This document shows positions 8,465 through 17,586 of a DNA stretch of 32,000 bases, piece after piece (position 1 is the first letter of the stretch; each line of letters starts with the position of its first letter). The position numbers were made by a program, and so were the translations under genes. Origin of the DNA: Candidatus Methanoperedens sp. (GTDB lineage: Archaea; Halobacteriota; Methanosarcinia; Methanosarcinales; Methanoperedenaceae); assembly GCA_027460535.1 (NCBI GenBank), contig JAPZAR010000025.1, positions 1 through 32,000 of the forward strand, read 5' to 3'. A model generated the notes under the pieces. The model did not search any database. It was not told the origin of the DNA and saw only the letters and a program-made list of their open reading frames with translations.

Positions 8465-9379
8465 CTAAAGTTTTTTGTTTAAAATAAACGCTAAATCCCG
8501 CATTGTAATGACTTCAATATTTTTTTCATCCTTTTTTTGTGATACAAACTCAAGGACTTGCTCTAGTTTGCCTAGTAAACTAGCATCGATTACAAAGTCT
8601 TCTGGATGCATAAACATGTGAAATATCCTTCCGTATTTTATGGAATTTTGAACTCCTAATTTGGCTCTCAATACCAATGTGTATGGAAATAATGAATCAT
8701 AAAACATCATAGAACTTGGAATTTCCCATATACCGTCTTTCCATATGGGTACTACGCTTGGGGCAACTACTTTAGTGGAAAAAAAATTTATAGCTCTTAA
8801 GGCTATATTTTTATTAATGCTTTTCCCAGCAAGGTTAGGTCCTCTGTATATTTCGAATCCTTTTTGCTTCAATATATCAATATGTCCAATTTTATTTTCT
8901 GGAAACACAAAAGATTTAAAATTAAGTCCAAACTCTTTTCCCAACATTAAACCTTCTTGTATTTCTGCTTCAGCAACTTCGCGGCTGCATTCAGAGAATC
9001 GAACATGCGAAAAAGAATGATACCCAATATCATGTTTAACTCGACTTGATATTATTTTTTCCACAATATCTTTTCCATAATACAGAGGATCTTTTGAGAT
9101 ATTCGAACATGGATCCCAGGAGTACCAATCGTCTTTAAATCGAGGCATATGCTTATGAGGAATTCCATTCTCTTTCTCACAATGATCCAAGAAAACATGC
9201 CCTGTAATTGCCCAAGTCGCAGGAATATTATATTTTTCGAAGATTTTTAACAAATTATTCATAGTGCTTCTTACTTCATAAACTTTATTATGTAGCATAC
9301 CTATTCTTTCATGTTTAGGATATAAACCATATTGGCAAAGCAGCTCGAGGTCCAGACTAAAAATAGCAGCAGGTTTCAT
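8465..9379 (-). CDS. Polysaccharide deacetylase family protein (NodB/CE4-like)
   Basis: 304 aa. Motifs seen: IFSLDLE...YNIPATWAITGHVFLDHC and HDIGYHSFSHVRF (H-S-x-x-H, NodB motif 2-like). There is a 4-nt overlap with the upstream methyltransferase gene. Confidence 0.65.
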   Translation of the reverse strand: MKPAAIFSLDLELLCQYGLYPKHERIGMLHNKVYEVRSTMNNLLKIFEKYNIPATWAITGHVFLDHCEKENGIPHKHMPRFKDDWYSWDPCSNISKDPLYYGKDIVEKIISSRVKHDIGYHSFSHVRFSECSREVAEAEIQEGLMLGKEFGLNFKSFVFPENKIGHIDILKQKGFEIYRGPNLAGKSINKNIALRAINFFSTKVVAPSVVPIWKDGIWEIPSSMMFYDSLFPYTLVLRAKLGVQNSIKYGRIFHMFMHPEDFVIDASLLGKLEQVLEFVSQKKDEKNIEVITMRDLAFILNKKL

Positions 9380-10017
9380 AGTTTATATCTCGCGACAACT
9401 ATTAATACAGGTGAAAATCGAGGGAATATCTTCTCTATTAATTGTAAAAATATATTTAAATATCCTCTTAATTTCGGCGAGTCTAAGAGTAAATAATCCT
9501 CAGTAATGATTTCAAATCCATGAAACTCAAGTAATTGACGTATAGTCCAGAAGTCAAACCAGCATTTATGCTCTGAATTTACAAACTTTCGTCCAAGCAT
9601 ATGCCAAAGAATATATCTTAATCCAAAACAATTTGGGGTCGATATTATTAAAATAGAACCTGGATTCATGTGACTCTTGCAGCTTTCCAAAAACCCTTTC
9701 AAATTTTCCAGATGCTCTATTAACTCTCCTGCAAAAATCACGTCAAACTTAATTTTTAGGTTAAACTCTTCAGCGTTCGCATATCTAATATCGTAACCTC
9801 TTTTAACTAGTTCTTTTATATCTTTTTCTAGTATATCTATTCCAATTACTTCTTTTGAGTGTTTTATGAGATAATCATGGATCCAATCTTCTTTTAGAGA
9901 TTCCCTCCAATCATGTGCAACACAACCAATGTGCAACACTTTTTTCCCTTCGAAATATGGTTTTATATATCGAATCCTATTTAATTCTTTTTCTTTTTCT
10001 TCCATCATAATTTCCAT
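9376..10017 (-). CDS. Class I SAM-dependent methyltransferase
   Basis: 213 aa. GKKVLHIGCVAHDW sits in the motif I position. FDVIFAGELIEHLENLKGFL is the typical Methyltransf_11/23 post-motif. It lies in the operon with the deacetylase. Confidence 0.7.
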   Translation of the reverse strand: MEIMMEEKEKELNRIRYIKPYFEGKKVLHIGCVAHDWRESLKEDWIHDYLIKHSKEVIGIDILEKDIKELVKRGYDIRYANAEEFNLKIKFDVIFAGELIEHLENLKGFLESCKSHMNPGSILIISTPNCFGLRYILWHMLGRKFVNSEHKCWFDFWTIRQLLEFHGFEIITEDYLLLDSPKLRGYLNIFLQLIEKIFPRFSPVLIVVARYKL

Positions 10018-10101
10018 TTATTTCTTTTGTAATAGTTAACCAATCTGTAATATTTGCTTAGGTAATATAAGTTGATTGTCCAAGGTATTGGTTCCTTTCT
10101 G

Positions 10102-11991
10102 TCACCATGAGTTAATCTTCTTCATAGTTGAATTCACATAATATACCCAGAACTCTCCATTTGAGTACAACATGCTAGCACTTATGTCATAATTTTCAAA
10201 TTTGTTAAAATCGCTTTCATTAAATCCCCATTGTATAACAGGATCCATTCTAGCATTGGCTAATATAGGATTAGCATTAGCTAGCTTGCTGATTTGGGTA
10301 ACAATTACATATCTATTTTGAGCAAATGATTCTCCAAGTGCATTATAATGCGTGTAATTGAAGTGTTCTGGAATAATACGCTCTGGATCATTACCATATC
10401 TGTAGTATGCCGGATTAGAAGATTGAACATAACCCATACCATTGCTAATAATATCCGAGCTACCATGTTCTGAAAACCAATCTGAACCATACATATAACT
10501 ATACGTAACCTGCCAGTTTTGTTGCATTACCCAGGGAGAACGGTACACATTGAATACACTAATTGTTAAAGATAATATTACGATTACTACTATAGCTATA
10601 ATGCTTATTATTTTCTTTCTTGAGTTTTTGAATAACTCAGATAGGGCAAACCCCGTTAATATAGGGGCAATTACCATCATGTAATTTAATCCAAGTAACC
10701 TGCCCACACTCATTGATTTTGATGAACTAAAAATGAAATAACTTAATGGAATACTACTTACAAAAAGTGCAGACAATGCAAGCATGTTCGTTATTCCACT
10801 CTCATGCCTCAATGCTTTTTTTAGAATCAATATTATCGCAATCGATGAAATCACTATATATATTACATTAGCTCCATACATTTTAAGAAAGAGCTCAGCT
10901 AAATCAACCCCTTCTATATTCTGAAGAGCTTTAGCTCCTTCTGCAATAAAGTAACTCTCTTCTGCACTTCCGCGTATCGAAGAAAAAATCGATCGAATCG
11001 TTTCGTTGAAAAACACAAAAGTGGATAACCATATAAAAAATATTATAGATGAGATTAAAATTGGAAATAATGAGATATCTTCCAATTTTTTAGCATACAA
11101 CCCTTTTGTTAATTCGAATATTGCAAAAAAAAAGATTAGCATTAACGACGATACTGGATGAAAAAACGGATATAAAATAAAAAAAACAATGAAAATCAAT
11201 CTAAAACGTGATGATAGTTTTCCTGAACTTTTGAAATACAAATAGAACACTAAGGGAAACATTAAAACAGAAATGCCACTTGGATATACGGATATTTGAT
11301 AATATGAAAAGAAAAACACGGCGCTTGATGCAGAACTCAATAATATTTTCTGTTTTCCGTGTAAAGTTGCAGTAGCAAGGAGATATACAAAAACCATAAA
11401 TAAAATTGAAAAGAAGGCAGGCGTGTATCTAAATACCGCCTCAGTTTGTATACCGGAAATTTCTGCAACTTCCGATATTAATATATGTGTAATTGGATAA
11501 ATATTGTTTTCTTCGAAATGACCTTTTAAAAAAATAGCCATTGCTAGTTTGAGATGTTCCAGGGAGTCTCCCAGATTATATGAGAAATAACCTCTTATCG
11601 CATGCAAAGAAAGAATAATAAAATTACTTAATAATAATATTGAAAAACCAATCAACCAGAAGCTACTTTTATTTTCGGTGAAAGCTTGATGGACGATGAT
11701 AGCGGCTCCACATATGCTACTTCCGATTAAAAATATCCATACAAGCGGACTTATGCTCGAATAAATGGATAATTCGTAACCCATCGCAGGTGAATTTCTT
11801 ATGAGAATAAGAGATAATGTGATAAAAATAAAAGCGATAATTGATACGATTTTAATAATTATATTTTCATCACTGAATTTTGAAAATTTACTTTTAACCT
11901 TTCCCGACCAATACCGTTTGGAAATAACGGTCAACTCTGACCAAGCATATACATCTTTTGGAGAAACGATTATAATTTTACTCATCATCAC
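10102..11991 (-). CDS. Large polytopic membrane protein with a C-terminal extracytoplasmic domain; candidate GT-C-type glycosyltransferase or glycan polymerase, function unknown
   Basis: 629 aa. By eye there are roughly 13-15 hydrophobic helices between aa ~45 and ~480. These are followed by a ~140-aa Tyr/Asn/Trp-rich soluble tail (WQVTYSYMYGSDWFSEHG...NGEFWVYYVNSTMKK). It sits inside the GT operon. No WWDYG oligosaccharyltransferase motif was found. Confidence 0.55.
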   Translation of the reverse strand: MMMSKIIIVSPKDVYAWSELTVISKRYWSGKVKSKFSKFSDENIIIKIVSIIAFIFITLSLILIRNSPAMGYELSIYSSISPLVWIFLIGSSICGAAIIVHQAFTENKSSFWLIGFSILLLSNFIILSLHAIRGYFSYNLGDSLEHLKLAMAIFLKGHFEENNIYPITHILISEVAEISGIQTEAVFRYTPAFFSILFMVFVYLLATATLHGKQKILLSSASSAVFFFSYYQISVYPSGISVLMFPLVFYLYFKSSGKLSSRFRLIFIVFFILYPFFHPVSSLMLIFFFAIFELTKGLYAKKLEDISLFPILISSIIFFIWLSTFVFFNETIRSIFSSIRGSAEESYFIAEGAKALQNIEGVDLAELFLKMYGANVIYIVISSIAIILILKKALRHESGITNMLALSALFVSSIPLSYFIFSSSKSMSVGRLLGLNYMMVIAPILTGFALSELFKNSRKKIISIIAIVVIVILSLTISVFNVYRSPWVMQQNWQVTYSYMYGSDWFSEHGSSDIISNGMGYVQSSNPAYYRYGNDPERIIPEHFNYTHYNALGESFAQNRYVIVTQISKLANANPILANARMDPVIQWGFNESDFNKFENYDISASMLYSNGEFWVYYVNSTMKKINSW

Positions 11992-11995
11992 CGGA

Positions 11996-12172
11996 TCAAT
12001 ATATCAATCCCATCCAAATCTTCTTTTCTGGAAATAGAGCACAAATCAGCATGTAGCCCGAGAAGAATAGAATAAAAGGTAAAATTTGAACCTTGCTGGA
12101 GAACTTGGGACGGGATTTATTATGGCAATAAAGCAAGACTGAAAACATGTTTATCAAGACTATATTTCTCAT
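11996..12172 (-). CDS. Possible small two-TM membrane protein (58 aa), speculative
   Basis: The track ORF 11996..12202 fills the 185-nt gap between the GT4 stop (12177) and the 629-aa gene start (11991). From the internal Met at 12172 it reads MRNIVLINMFSVLLYCH...ILPFILFFSGYMLICALF, with two hydrophobic segments. No homology was recognised, and it could be a chance AT-rich ORF. Confidence 0.2.
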   Translation of the reverse strand: MRNIVLINMFSVLLYCHNKSRPKFSSKVQILPFILFFSGYMLICALFPEKKIWMGLIY

Positions 12173-12176
12173 AGTT

Positions 12177-13331
12177 TTAAAGTTCGGAACTTGTATCTTC
12201 ATTGCAATTCTCTAATATTTTTCTATACCTTTCAATCGCGGCTGCATAAGTATAATTCTCCTCTATTGATTTCTTTGCGTTCTCTACGATCACATCCAAA
12301 TTAGGATGCATTAAAACCCTCATAACATTCTTCTCAATGCAATCAGTCGAGTTTTTCTCCATAATAAATCCAGTTTCTCCATCCTTTATCAAACATGGTA
12401 TCGCTCCTACAGGAGTTGCCAAAACTGGTGTTCCACATGCCATTGCCTCCAAGATTATAGTAGGAAATGCATCTGTATATGTTGGAAGAACAAGCAATTT
12501 TAACTCATTTAAATAATCTGGGAGTTCTTGTCCAATCCAACCTGTGATGGTTATGTTAATCGCCTCCTTATTCATCAATTCGTTGCACTCTTCCTTTACC
12601 CACTCTAACATATCTCCAGAACCTCCTATTAAGAATATAACTTCCTTATTTTCTTTTGCAATAATCGGAATAGCCTTAACAAATTCTACAATTCCTTTTT
12701 CTTTTATGAGGCGCCCAATGAACCCCACTAAATTTTTTCTCTCATTTAACTTCTTTTTTATATTATAGCGAGTGATATCTATAAATCTGGCTCCGTCAGG
12801 AAGAAGCTTATTCTTATATTTCTCTAAACCTAATTCTCTTATCAATGACATAGACTCTGGAGAAATTCCATCTAATAACATGAAAAATATCGGGTCTTGC
12901 AAACTAAGAATTTTAGAGGGTACTGAGTTGGACTTGCTTCTGGTTATAACTTCAATTGTCTTTTTTCCAATGATTTTTGACGTAATTAATGGTAATAAGT
13001 AATAAGGATAAGCTACATAAAACAAAACAATATCAACCTCTTTTCTTACTTTTATTACCTCGATACTTGCTTTGAATTGAGCCAAGATACATTTCACAAT
13101 CCATATAATTGCCGAATATGAAACCGGTCTAATCTCCTTAAGATAATGCATCTTAATGCGAGTATCTTTCACATCCACTATTTTGGATGTTACACTAATT
13201 CTATCTGTGTTCCCATTTATTAGCACAATCTTACTAGAAATTGGTTCGAGAATTTTCAATATATCTGATAAAAACTTGTATGGAGCATTTGATTTCCATG
13301 GGTATGATATTACTGCAACTTTTGGTTTCAT
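12177..13331 (-). CDS. GT4-family (GT-B fold) glycosyltransferase
   Basis: 384 aa. The C-terminal signature FPTIILEAMACGTPVLATPVGAIPCLIKDGETGF is the E-x7-E motif region of GT4 enzymes. There is a 4-nt overlap with the upstream gene. Confidence 0.85.
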   Translation of the reverse strand: MKPKVAVISYPWKSNAPYKFLSDILKILEPISSKIVLINGNTDRISVTSKIVDVKDTRIKMHYLKEIRPVSYSAIIWIVKCILAQFKASIEVIKVRKEVDIVLFYVAYPYYLLPLITSKIIGKKTIEVITRSKSNSVPSKILSLQDPIFFMLLDGISPESMSLIRELGLEKYKNKLLPDGARFIDITRYNIKKKLNERKNLVGFIGRLIKEKGIVEFVKAIPIIAKENKEVIFLIGGSGDMLEWVKEECNELMNKEAINITITGWIGQELPDYLNELKLLVLPTYTDAFPTIILEAMACGTPVLATPVGAIPCLIKDGETGFIMEKNSTDCIEKNVMRVLMHPNLDVIVENAKKSIEENYTYAAAIERYRKILENCNEDTSSEL

Positions 13332-14848
13332 GTTACTTTTATGTCATTCTCAAAAATACTTTTTCCATCAAAATCAAACATCTCCCAATTTATACCACTA
13401 ATGTCCAATATCGTTGGAGCAACGTCCATCAAGCTCATATTACTTTTAATCATTTTTCTTTTACAATTTGAAATCAAAAAGACAGAATCTTCTTTATGTC
13501 CTCCGGAAGAAAGATTATGTTCATAAGAAGTACCAATAATAGGGGTATGTACGCTCCAATAAACACCATAATTTTCGTTGAGTTTGAAAACAATATCCGG
13601 ATAAAGATTAATATTTTTACCAGCATATATTTCCTCTCGTCTTTTAACCCATTCAAAAACCATCTCCCCTGTATCAATATCTTGAATCTTAAAAAGTTCG
13701 TTTATCAACTTATCCGTGAATTCTTCATGGGCTATACCTAAATTGTTATTGATGTGAATACCTCCTTCAGAATATGATTTCGCTCCTGTAAAATAGGATA
13801 AGTATGCCATAGATTTCTCAATATCAATCATAGATGAGGAAGTGTAAATTTTTTTACTTGCTCCTGAAAGTAACTTCATCTTTCCGATTTTGACCAGCCA
13901 GTATGTTAAATCTCTTTTGTGTGCAAAGTCCAAAACTCTGATTTTTACTTTTTCTGTAATACCTAATCTTGTATTAGATTTTAAGTAACCTTTCTTTCTC
14001 AGAAACTCATTTATATTAACAGTTTTAGGAGGTCTCATTTTGTGCCCATGGTCGCTCATCACAATTTTTATATGATCTGGATGAGCATCCAAAAATCTGC
14101 CAACTACTTCATCAAACAGCATATAAAATTCTTTTATCACATTTTTATAAGGATTGTTTAAGGGATGGGTAGGATCACTTTCATCATAATACCTCCAGAA
14201 GAAGTGTTGAATTATATCCAATTCAGAGAAGTAAATAAAGAATAGATCCCAATCGTAATTTTTTGAAATGTCCAATCCAAAATTAGCTTGGTCAAGCACC
14301 TTTTTCTTTGCTTTTTCTGCAAATTTGCCTAATTTTTTAAAGCCGGGATGATTGCCTGAAAGGGTTCCCAGATGTGAGATGTCGTATTTTTTACAAATAG
14401 AGTTGGGATAAGTTAAAACTCCACCATTTTCAATATTAATTCCTTTCTTTTTAAGATCTTCTGCTGGATACAATGACCGGCTTATCATTACCCCGCGTAC
14501 TTCCCATGGGGGAAAAGCAGATTGAGGAAACAGAATACAGACCTTTTTACCTTGTTTACTGGCTATATCCCAAAATGTTCTGCCTTTGAATGCATCGATA
14601 TTCAGGTTCGATATACTTTGCCAATCGGATTCAAATAAATCAAAAGTATGAATAATTCCATGCTCAGCAGGACTCAAGCCAGTGTAAATAGATATCCAGG
14701 CAGGTATAGTATCAGGAGGAAAAACCGACTTTATTTTAATGGTTGGACTTTCTTCAATCAATTTCTTAAAATTTGGTAAAGAGTCTATGAATCCATTAAG
14801 TAAACATGGATCCAAAGAGTCTATACCGATTATCAGCACTTTTTTCAT
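13328..14848 (-). CDS. Alkaline-phosphatase-superfamily enzyme, type I phosphodiesterase/nucleotide pyrophosphatase (NPP)-like, cytoplasmic
   Basis: 506 aa with no TM helix or signal peptide. MKKVLIIGIDSLDP supplies the metal-ligand Asp. FPPDTIPAWISIYTG supplies a Thr nucleophile in NPP-type context. VMSDHGH provides the distal metal ligands. Confidence 0.7.
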   Translation of the reverse strand: MKKVLIIGIDSLDPCLLNGFIDSLPNFKKLIEESPTIKIKSVFPPDTIPAWISIYTGLSPAEHGIIHTFDLFESDWQSISNLNIDAFKGRTFWDIASKQGKKVCILFPQSAFPPWEVRGVMISRSLYPAEDLKKKGINIENGGVLTYPNSICKKYDISHLGTLSGNHPGFKKLGKFAEKAKKKVLDQANFGLDISKNYDWDLFFIYFSELDIIQHFFWRYYDESDPTHPLNNPYKNVIKEFYMLFDEVVGRFLDAHPDHIKIVMSDHGHKMRPPKTVNINEFLRKKGYLKSNTRLGITEKVKIRVLDFAHKRDLTYWLVKIGKMKLLSGASKKIYTSSSMIDIEKSMAYLSYFTGAKSYSEGGIHINNNLGIAHEEFTDKLINELFKIQDIDTGEMVFEWVKRREEIYAGKNINLYPDIVFKLNENYGVYWSVHTPIIGTSYEHNLSSGGHKEDSVFLISNCKRKMIKSNMSLMDVAPTILDISGINWEMFDFDGKSIFENDIKVT

Positions 14849-15492
14849 TTCACTACCCCCATTACAATTTCAAATATTGTGTCGGTAAGTTCTTTCTTAG
14901 ATTTAATACCATCGAGTACTATCGTTTTGTTTTGGTAATTTTTAAGCAATTCCAAATACATCGTTTTCCTTTGAGACAAGTAGTTAACTGACGGAATATC
15001 ATCTTTTCTGGCATATGCCAATTCGATAGGAAGGTCTATAAAGAAAATAATGCTAGGCTTAGGAAATAAACTAAAAAATTCTGTTGTATTATTCATCTCT
15101 CCTCTGCTGGATTTAGCATTCATTGAGAATCCGATGATGATATCGTAGATGTACCGATCAACTATCACAACATCATATCTATATAACGAGACCAAAAGAT
15201 TTGGAAACACTCTGACAAAATAATCTAGCCATGCTACATAGAATAGAAAATTATTTGATGATGGTTGACGGATTATAATTTTTTTATTCTTTGCTAAATT
15301 TTTTGTCATCATTACAATAGATTTAAACAGAGGTGTTTCAAACTTTCGCCAACCACACCAGAAGTATTTACACGATTTTCTAGAATCCTTTAAAGACGCT
15401 TCCAATGATTTAGCAAGAGTTGTTTTTCCTGAACCATCGATTCCAGTAAAGCAGATAAGAAGTCCTTTATTTTTCATAAGTTTAAATTCCAC
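14845..15492 (-). CDS. Thymidylate-kinase-like P-loop kinase
   Basis: 215 aa. The P-loop reads LICFTGIDGSGKTTLAKSL and a DRY motif reads VVIVDRYIYD, as in the Tmk family. The central region is divergent and hydrophobic. The start may be the second Met at 15477. Confidence 0.65.
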   Translation of the reverse strand: MEFKLMKNKGLLICFTGIDGSGKTTLAKSLEASLKDSRKSCKYFWCGWRKFETPLFKSIVMMTKNLAKNKKIIIRQPSSNNFLFYVAWLDYFVRVFPNLLVSLYRYDVVIVDRYIYDIIIGFSMNAKSSRGEMNNTTEFFSLFPKPSIIFFIDLPIELAYARKDDIPSVNYLSQRKTMYLELLKNYQNKTIVLDGIKSKKELTDTIFEIVMGVVK

Positions 15493-16552
15493 AACGATCC
15501 CTACAAACTTTATCAGGAATGCGGTTTATCATGTTTTGCCTAAATTCTTGATAATCCTTATTGTTCCATATATCTGTAAATGGTATCTCAAGAACATTGC
15601 CAAAAGATTTAGTAAGGTTCATACAGCATGGATGAACAAAACCATCCCATGAGATAAAACATGTAGTCCAAGGAAATTTGCATAAGGTTACTTTGTTATT
15701 ATCTTCAAAAAGACCTACATGAGTAATCTTAATATTTTGAGATTTACTTATAATTAATAATTTTTTTAACATATCTTCGATATTTCTTTTAGAAGGCATG
15801 TCGTATTTGCCCCGGCGAAGCTTGTCGTCATAAATACCAACCCCGTGTATGTGTACATGTTTAACTCCAATTTCTTTTGCAAGAATTATAATATCAATTA
15901 GATCATCTAAGTTTTCTTTCATCAAGGTTGTAACGAATCTTAAAGGCATATTTTTTTTATAGAAAGTTGTAGATTTGGTCAATGACTGGATATTTTCTTT
16001 TATTTTTTCGAAATCTTTATAATTTCTAATCTTTGTTGGATTTACTGCATCTATAGAAATACCCATTCTTAAAAATTTGGAATTAATTATTTTTTCTATA
16101 TTATCATCCGTTATAAATGTACCATTTGAAATAAAACCTGTTCCGATTCTCTTGACATTGCAGTAATCAATGATCTTGAACAAATCCTTGCATATTAAAG
16201 GCTCACCCCATCCACCCCAACTTATCCACAATAAATATGGAAATTGGTCCACTATTTTTTTAGCATTTTCGTAATCCATTTCTCCAAATTTCCTGTTTTG
16301 TAGTAGACGATAGCACATTGGGCAATTTAAATTACATTTATTCGTTTCTTCTATTTGGATGACATAAGGCCTGGACATTAGATTCGTCCTTTTTAATCTA
16401 AATTCTAATTTCTGAAGAATTAAATTGCTCCAGATTTTTGGATTTGTGATCTTTTCATAACCATTATAAATGTACCACTTCAATTCTCCCAAAGTCGAAA
16501 ATTTTTCTAAACCTCCACCAAGTAGCTTCTTATAAATAATTTCTTTCATCAT
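15482..16552 (-). CDS. Radical SAM enzyme with a SPASM/twitch-like Cys-rich C-terminal domain
   Basis: 356 aa. ETNKCNLNCPMCY is the CxxxCxxC radical SAM cluster motif. The C-terminal CKFPWTTCFISWDGFVHPCC ... VCRDRC resembles an auxiliary Fe-S (SPASM) domain. Confidence 0.8.
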   Translation of the reverse strand: MMKEIIYKKLLGGGLEKFSTLGELKWYIYNGYEKITNPKIWSNLILQKLEFRLKRTNLMSRPYVIQIEETNKCNLNCPMCYRLLQNRKFGEMDYENAKKIVDQFPYLLWISWGGWGEPLICKDLFKIIDYCNVKRIGTGFISNGTFITDDNIEKIINSKFLRMGISIDAVNPTKIRNYKDFEKIKENIQSLTKSTTFYKKNMPLRFVTTLMKENLDDLIDIIILAKEIGVKHVHIHGVGIYDDKLRRGKYDMPSKRNIEDMLKKLLIISKSQNIKITHVGLFEDNNKVTLCKFPWTTCFISWDGFVHPCCMNLTKSFGNVLEIPFTDIWNNKDYQEFRQNMINRIPDKVCRDRCGI

Positions 16553-17586
16553 TCATCACTCTTATCTGTTGAATTGCGAAGATCGTAATATATCTTATCT
16601 AATTTTTTGGATATGTTCTCCCATGAGTAATGAAGAACAAGCTCCCGAGTTTTGACTGAAATTTCCCCGTCATTTAACTCTTTCACTTCTTGTGCAAATT
16701 TTTTAGTATCAGCATATGTAAACCCCTCCCCTTCGTTAAAAATTCTCGGCAATCCACCAAATCTTGTGGAAACGATAGGCAGATTGGTCGCCATCGCCTC
16801 CAATATTGACAGTGGTATATCTATACTTCCTATTGGATCAGTTGTCGGGAATATATAACAATCCGAAAGAGCATATATTTCCTCTATTTTTGGAATATAT
16901 TCATTAATTATCTCAACGCCTATTCTTTTTAGCTCTAATGCTACATCTACCTCGAATTTTGTTGAAGTTCTACCAACTAAAACAACTTGAACATCTTGAT
17001 TGTTCTGAATTTCCTTTAAGATGCTAACATTTCTCCATTTTCTTACAGACCCTACATGCAATACGACAAATTTTTCTGAAGATATTTTGTATTTTTCTCT
17101 AAGTTCTTCTTTACTTTTTCTTGATGCCGGATGGAATTTTTTGATATCTACACCGCTGGATACAAAGAATTTAACATTACATCCAAGCTTTGTAAAAATT
17201 TTTTCTGGCTCGTCTGATTGAACTAATACCAAATCCGTCTTAAAAAATGGTATAAAATTCTTGCTAATAGATGAAAAACCATAGTAAAAGCCATGAGAGA
17301 AACTGTGGAACGCATGTAGCGATGAAAACATTACCGTTTTTGCATTCTTAGAATGAATTTTCATCAGTTTCGTAATTAAAAAACTCAAAGGGGAAGCTCC
17401 AGGAATATAATGTATTATTTCAGGGTCAAATGAATTTATTTCATTCCAAAAATTGGTTGATAGAGTCGCTTGAATATTTAGTGGCTTTACCTCATTATTT
17501 TTTGATAGCTCTCTCAATAAATGGTGTCCCATAACTTTCCTTGCTTCATCCGGCGATGAGAAGTCACCTACTAAGCATATTCTCAT
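16549..17586 (-). CDS. GT4-family glycosyltransferase
   Basis: 345 aa. IPLSILEAMATNLPIVSTRFGGLPRIFNEGEGF is the GT4 E-x7-E region. The 3' end overlaps the radical SAM gene by 4 nt. Confidence 0.8.
   Translation of the reverse strand: MRICLVGDFSSPDEARKVMGHHLLRELSKNNEVKPLNIQATLSTNFWNEINSFDPEIIHYIPGASPLSFLITKLMKIHSKNAKTVMFSSLHAFHSFSHGFYYGFSSISKNFIPFFKTDLVLVQSDEPEKIFTKLGCNVKFFVSSGVDIKKFHPASRKSKEELREKYKISSEKFVVLHVGSVRKWRNVSILKEIQNNQDVQVVLVGRTSTKFEVDVALELKRIGVEIINEYIPKIEEIYALSDCYIFPTTDPIGSIDIPLSILEAMATNLPIVSTRFGGLPRIFNEGEGFTYADTKKFAQEVKELNDGEISVKTRELVLHYSWENISKKLDKIYYDLRNSTDKSDE

Noticed and set aside
10102-11991. 629-aa membrane protein as the oligosaccharyltransferase AglB
   Set aside because: No WWDYG motif or recognisable DK/MI motif was seen in the translation, and the soluble C-terminal domain is much shorter than in AglB.
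13328-16552. Radical SAM/SPASM enzyme as an anaerobic sulfatase-maturating enzyme (anSME) paired with a sulfatase
   Set aside because: The alkaline-phosphatase-superfamily neighbour has an NPP-type Thr nucleophile context (PPDTIPAW..YTG) rather than the sulfatase C/S-x-P-x-R formylglycine motif. It also lacks a signal peptide, so the anSME/sulfatase reading is not supported.
14845-16552. Radical SAM plus nucleotide-kinase pair as a prokaryotic viperin (pVip)-type antiviral module
   Set aside because: The radical SAM protein carries a SPASM-like Cys-rich C-terminus that is not a viperin feature. Both genes are translationally coupled within a glycosyltransferase operon, so a glycan-tailoring role is more parsimonious.
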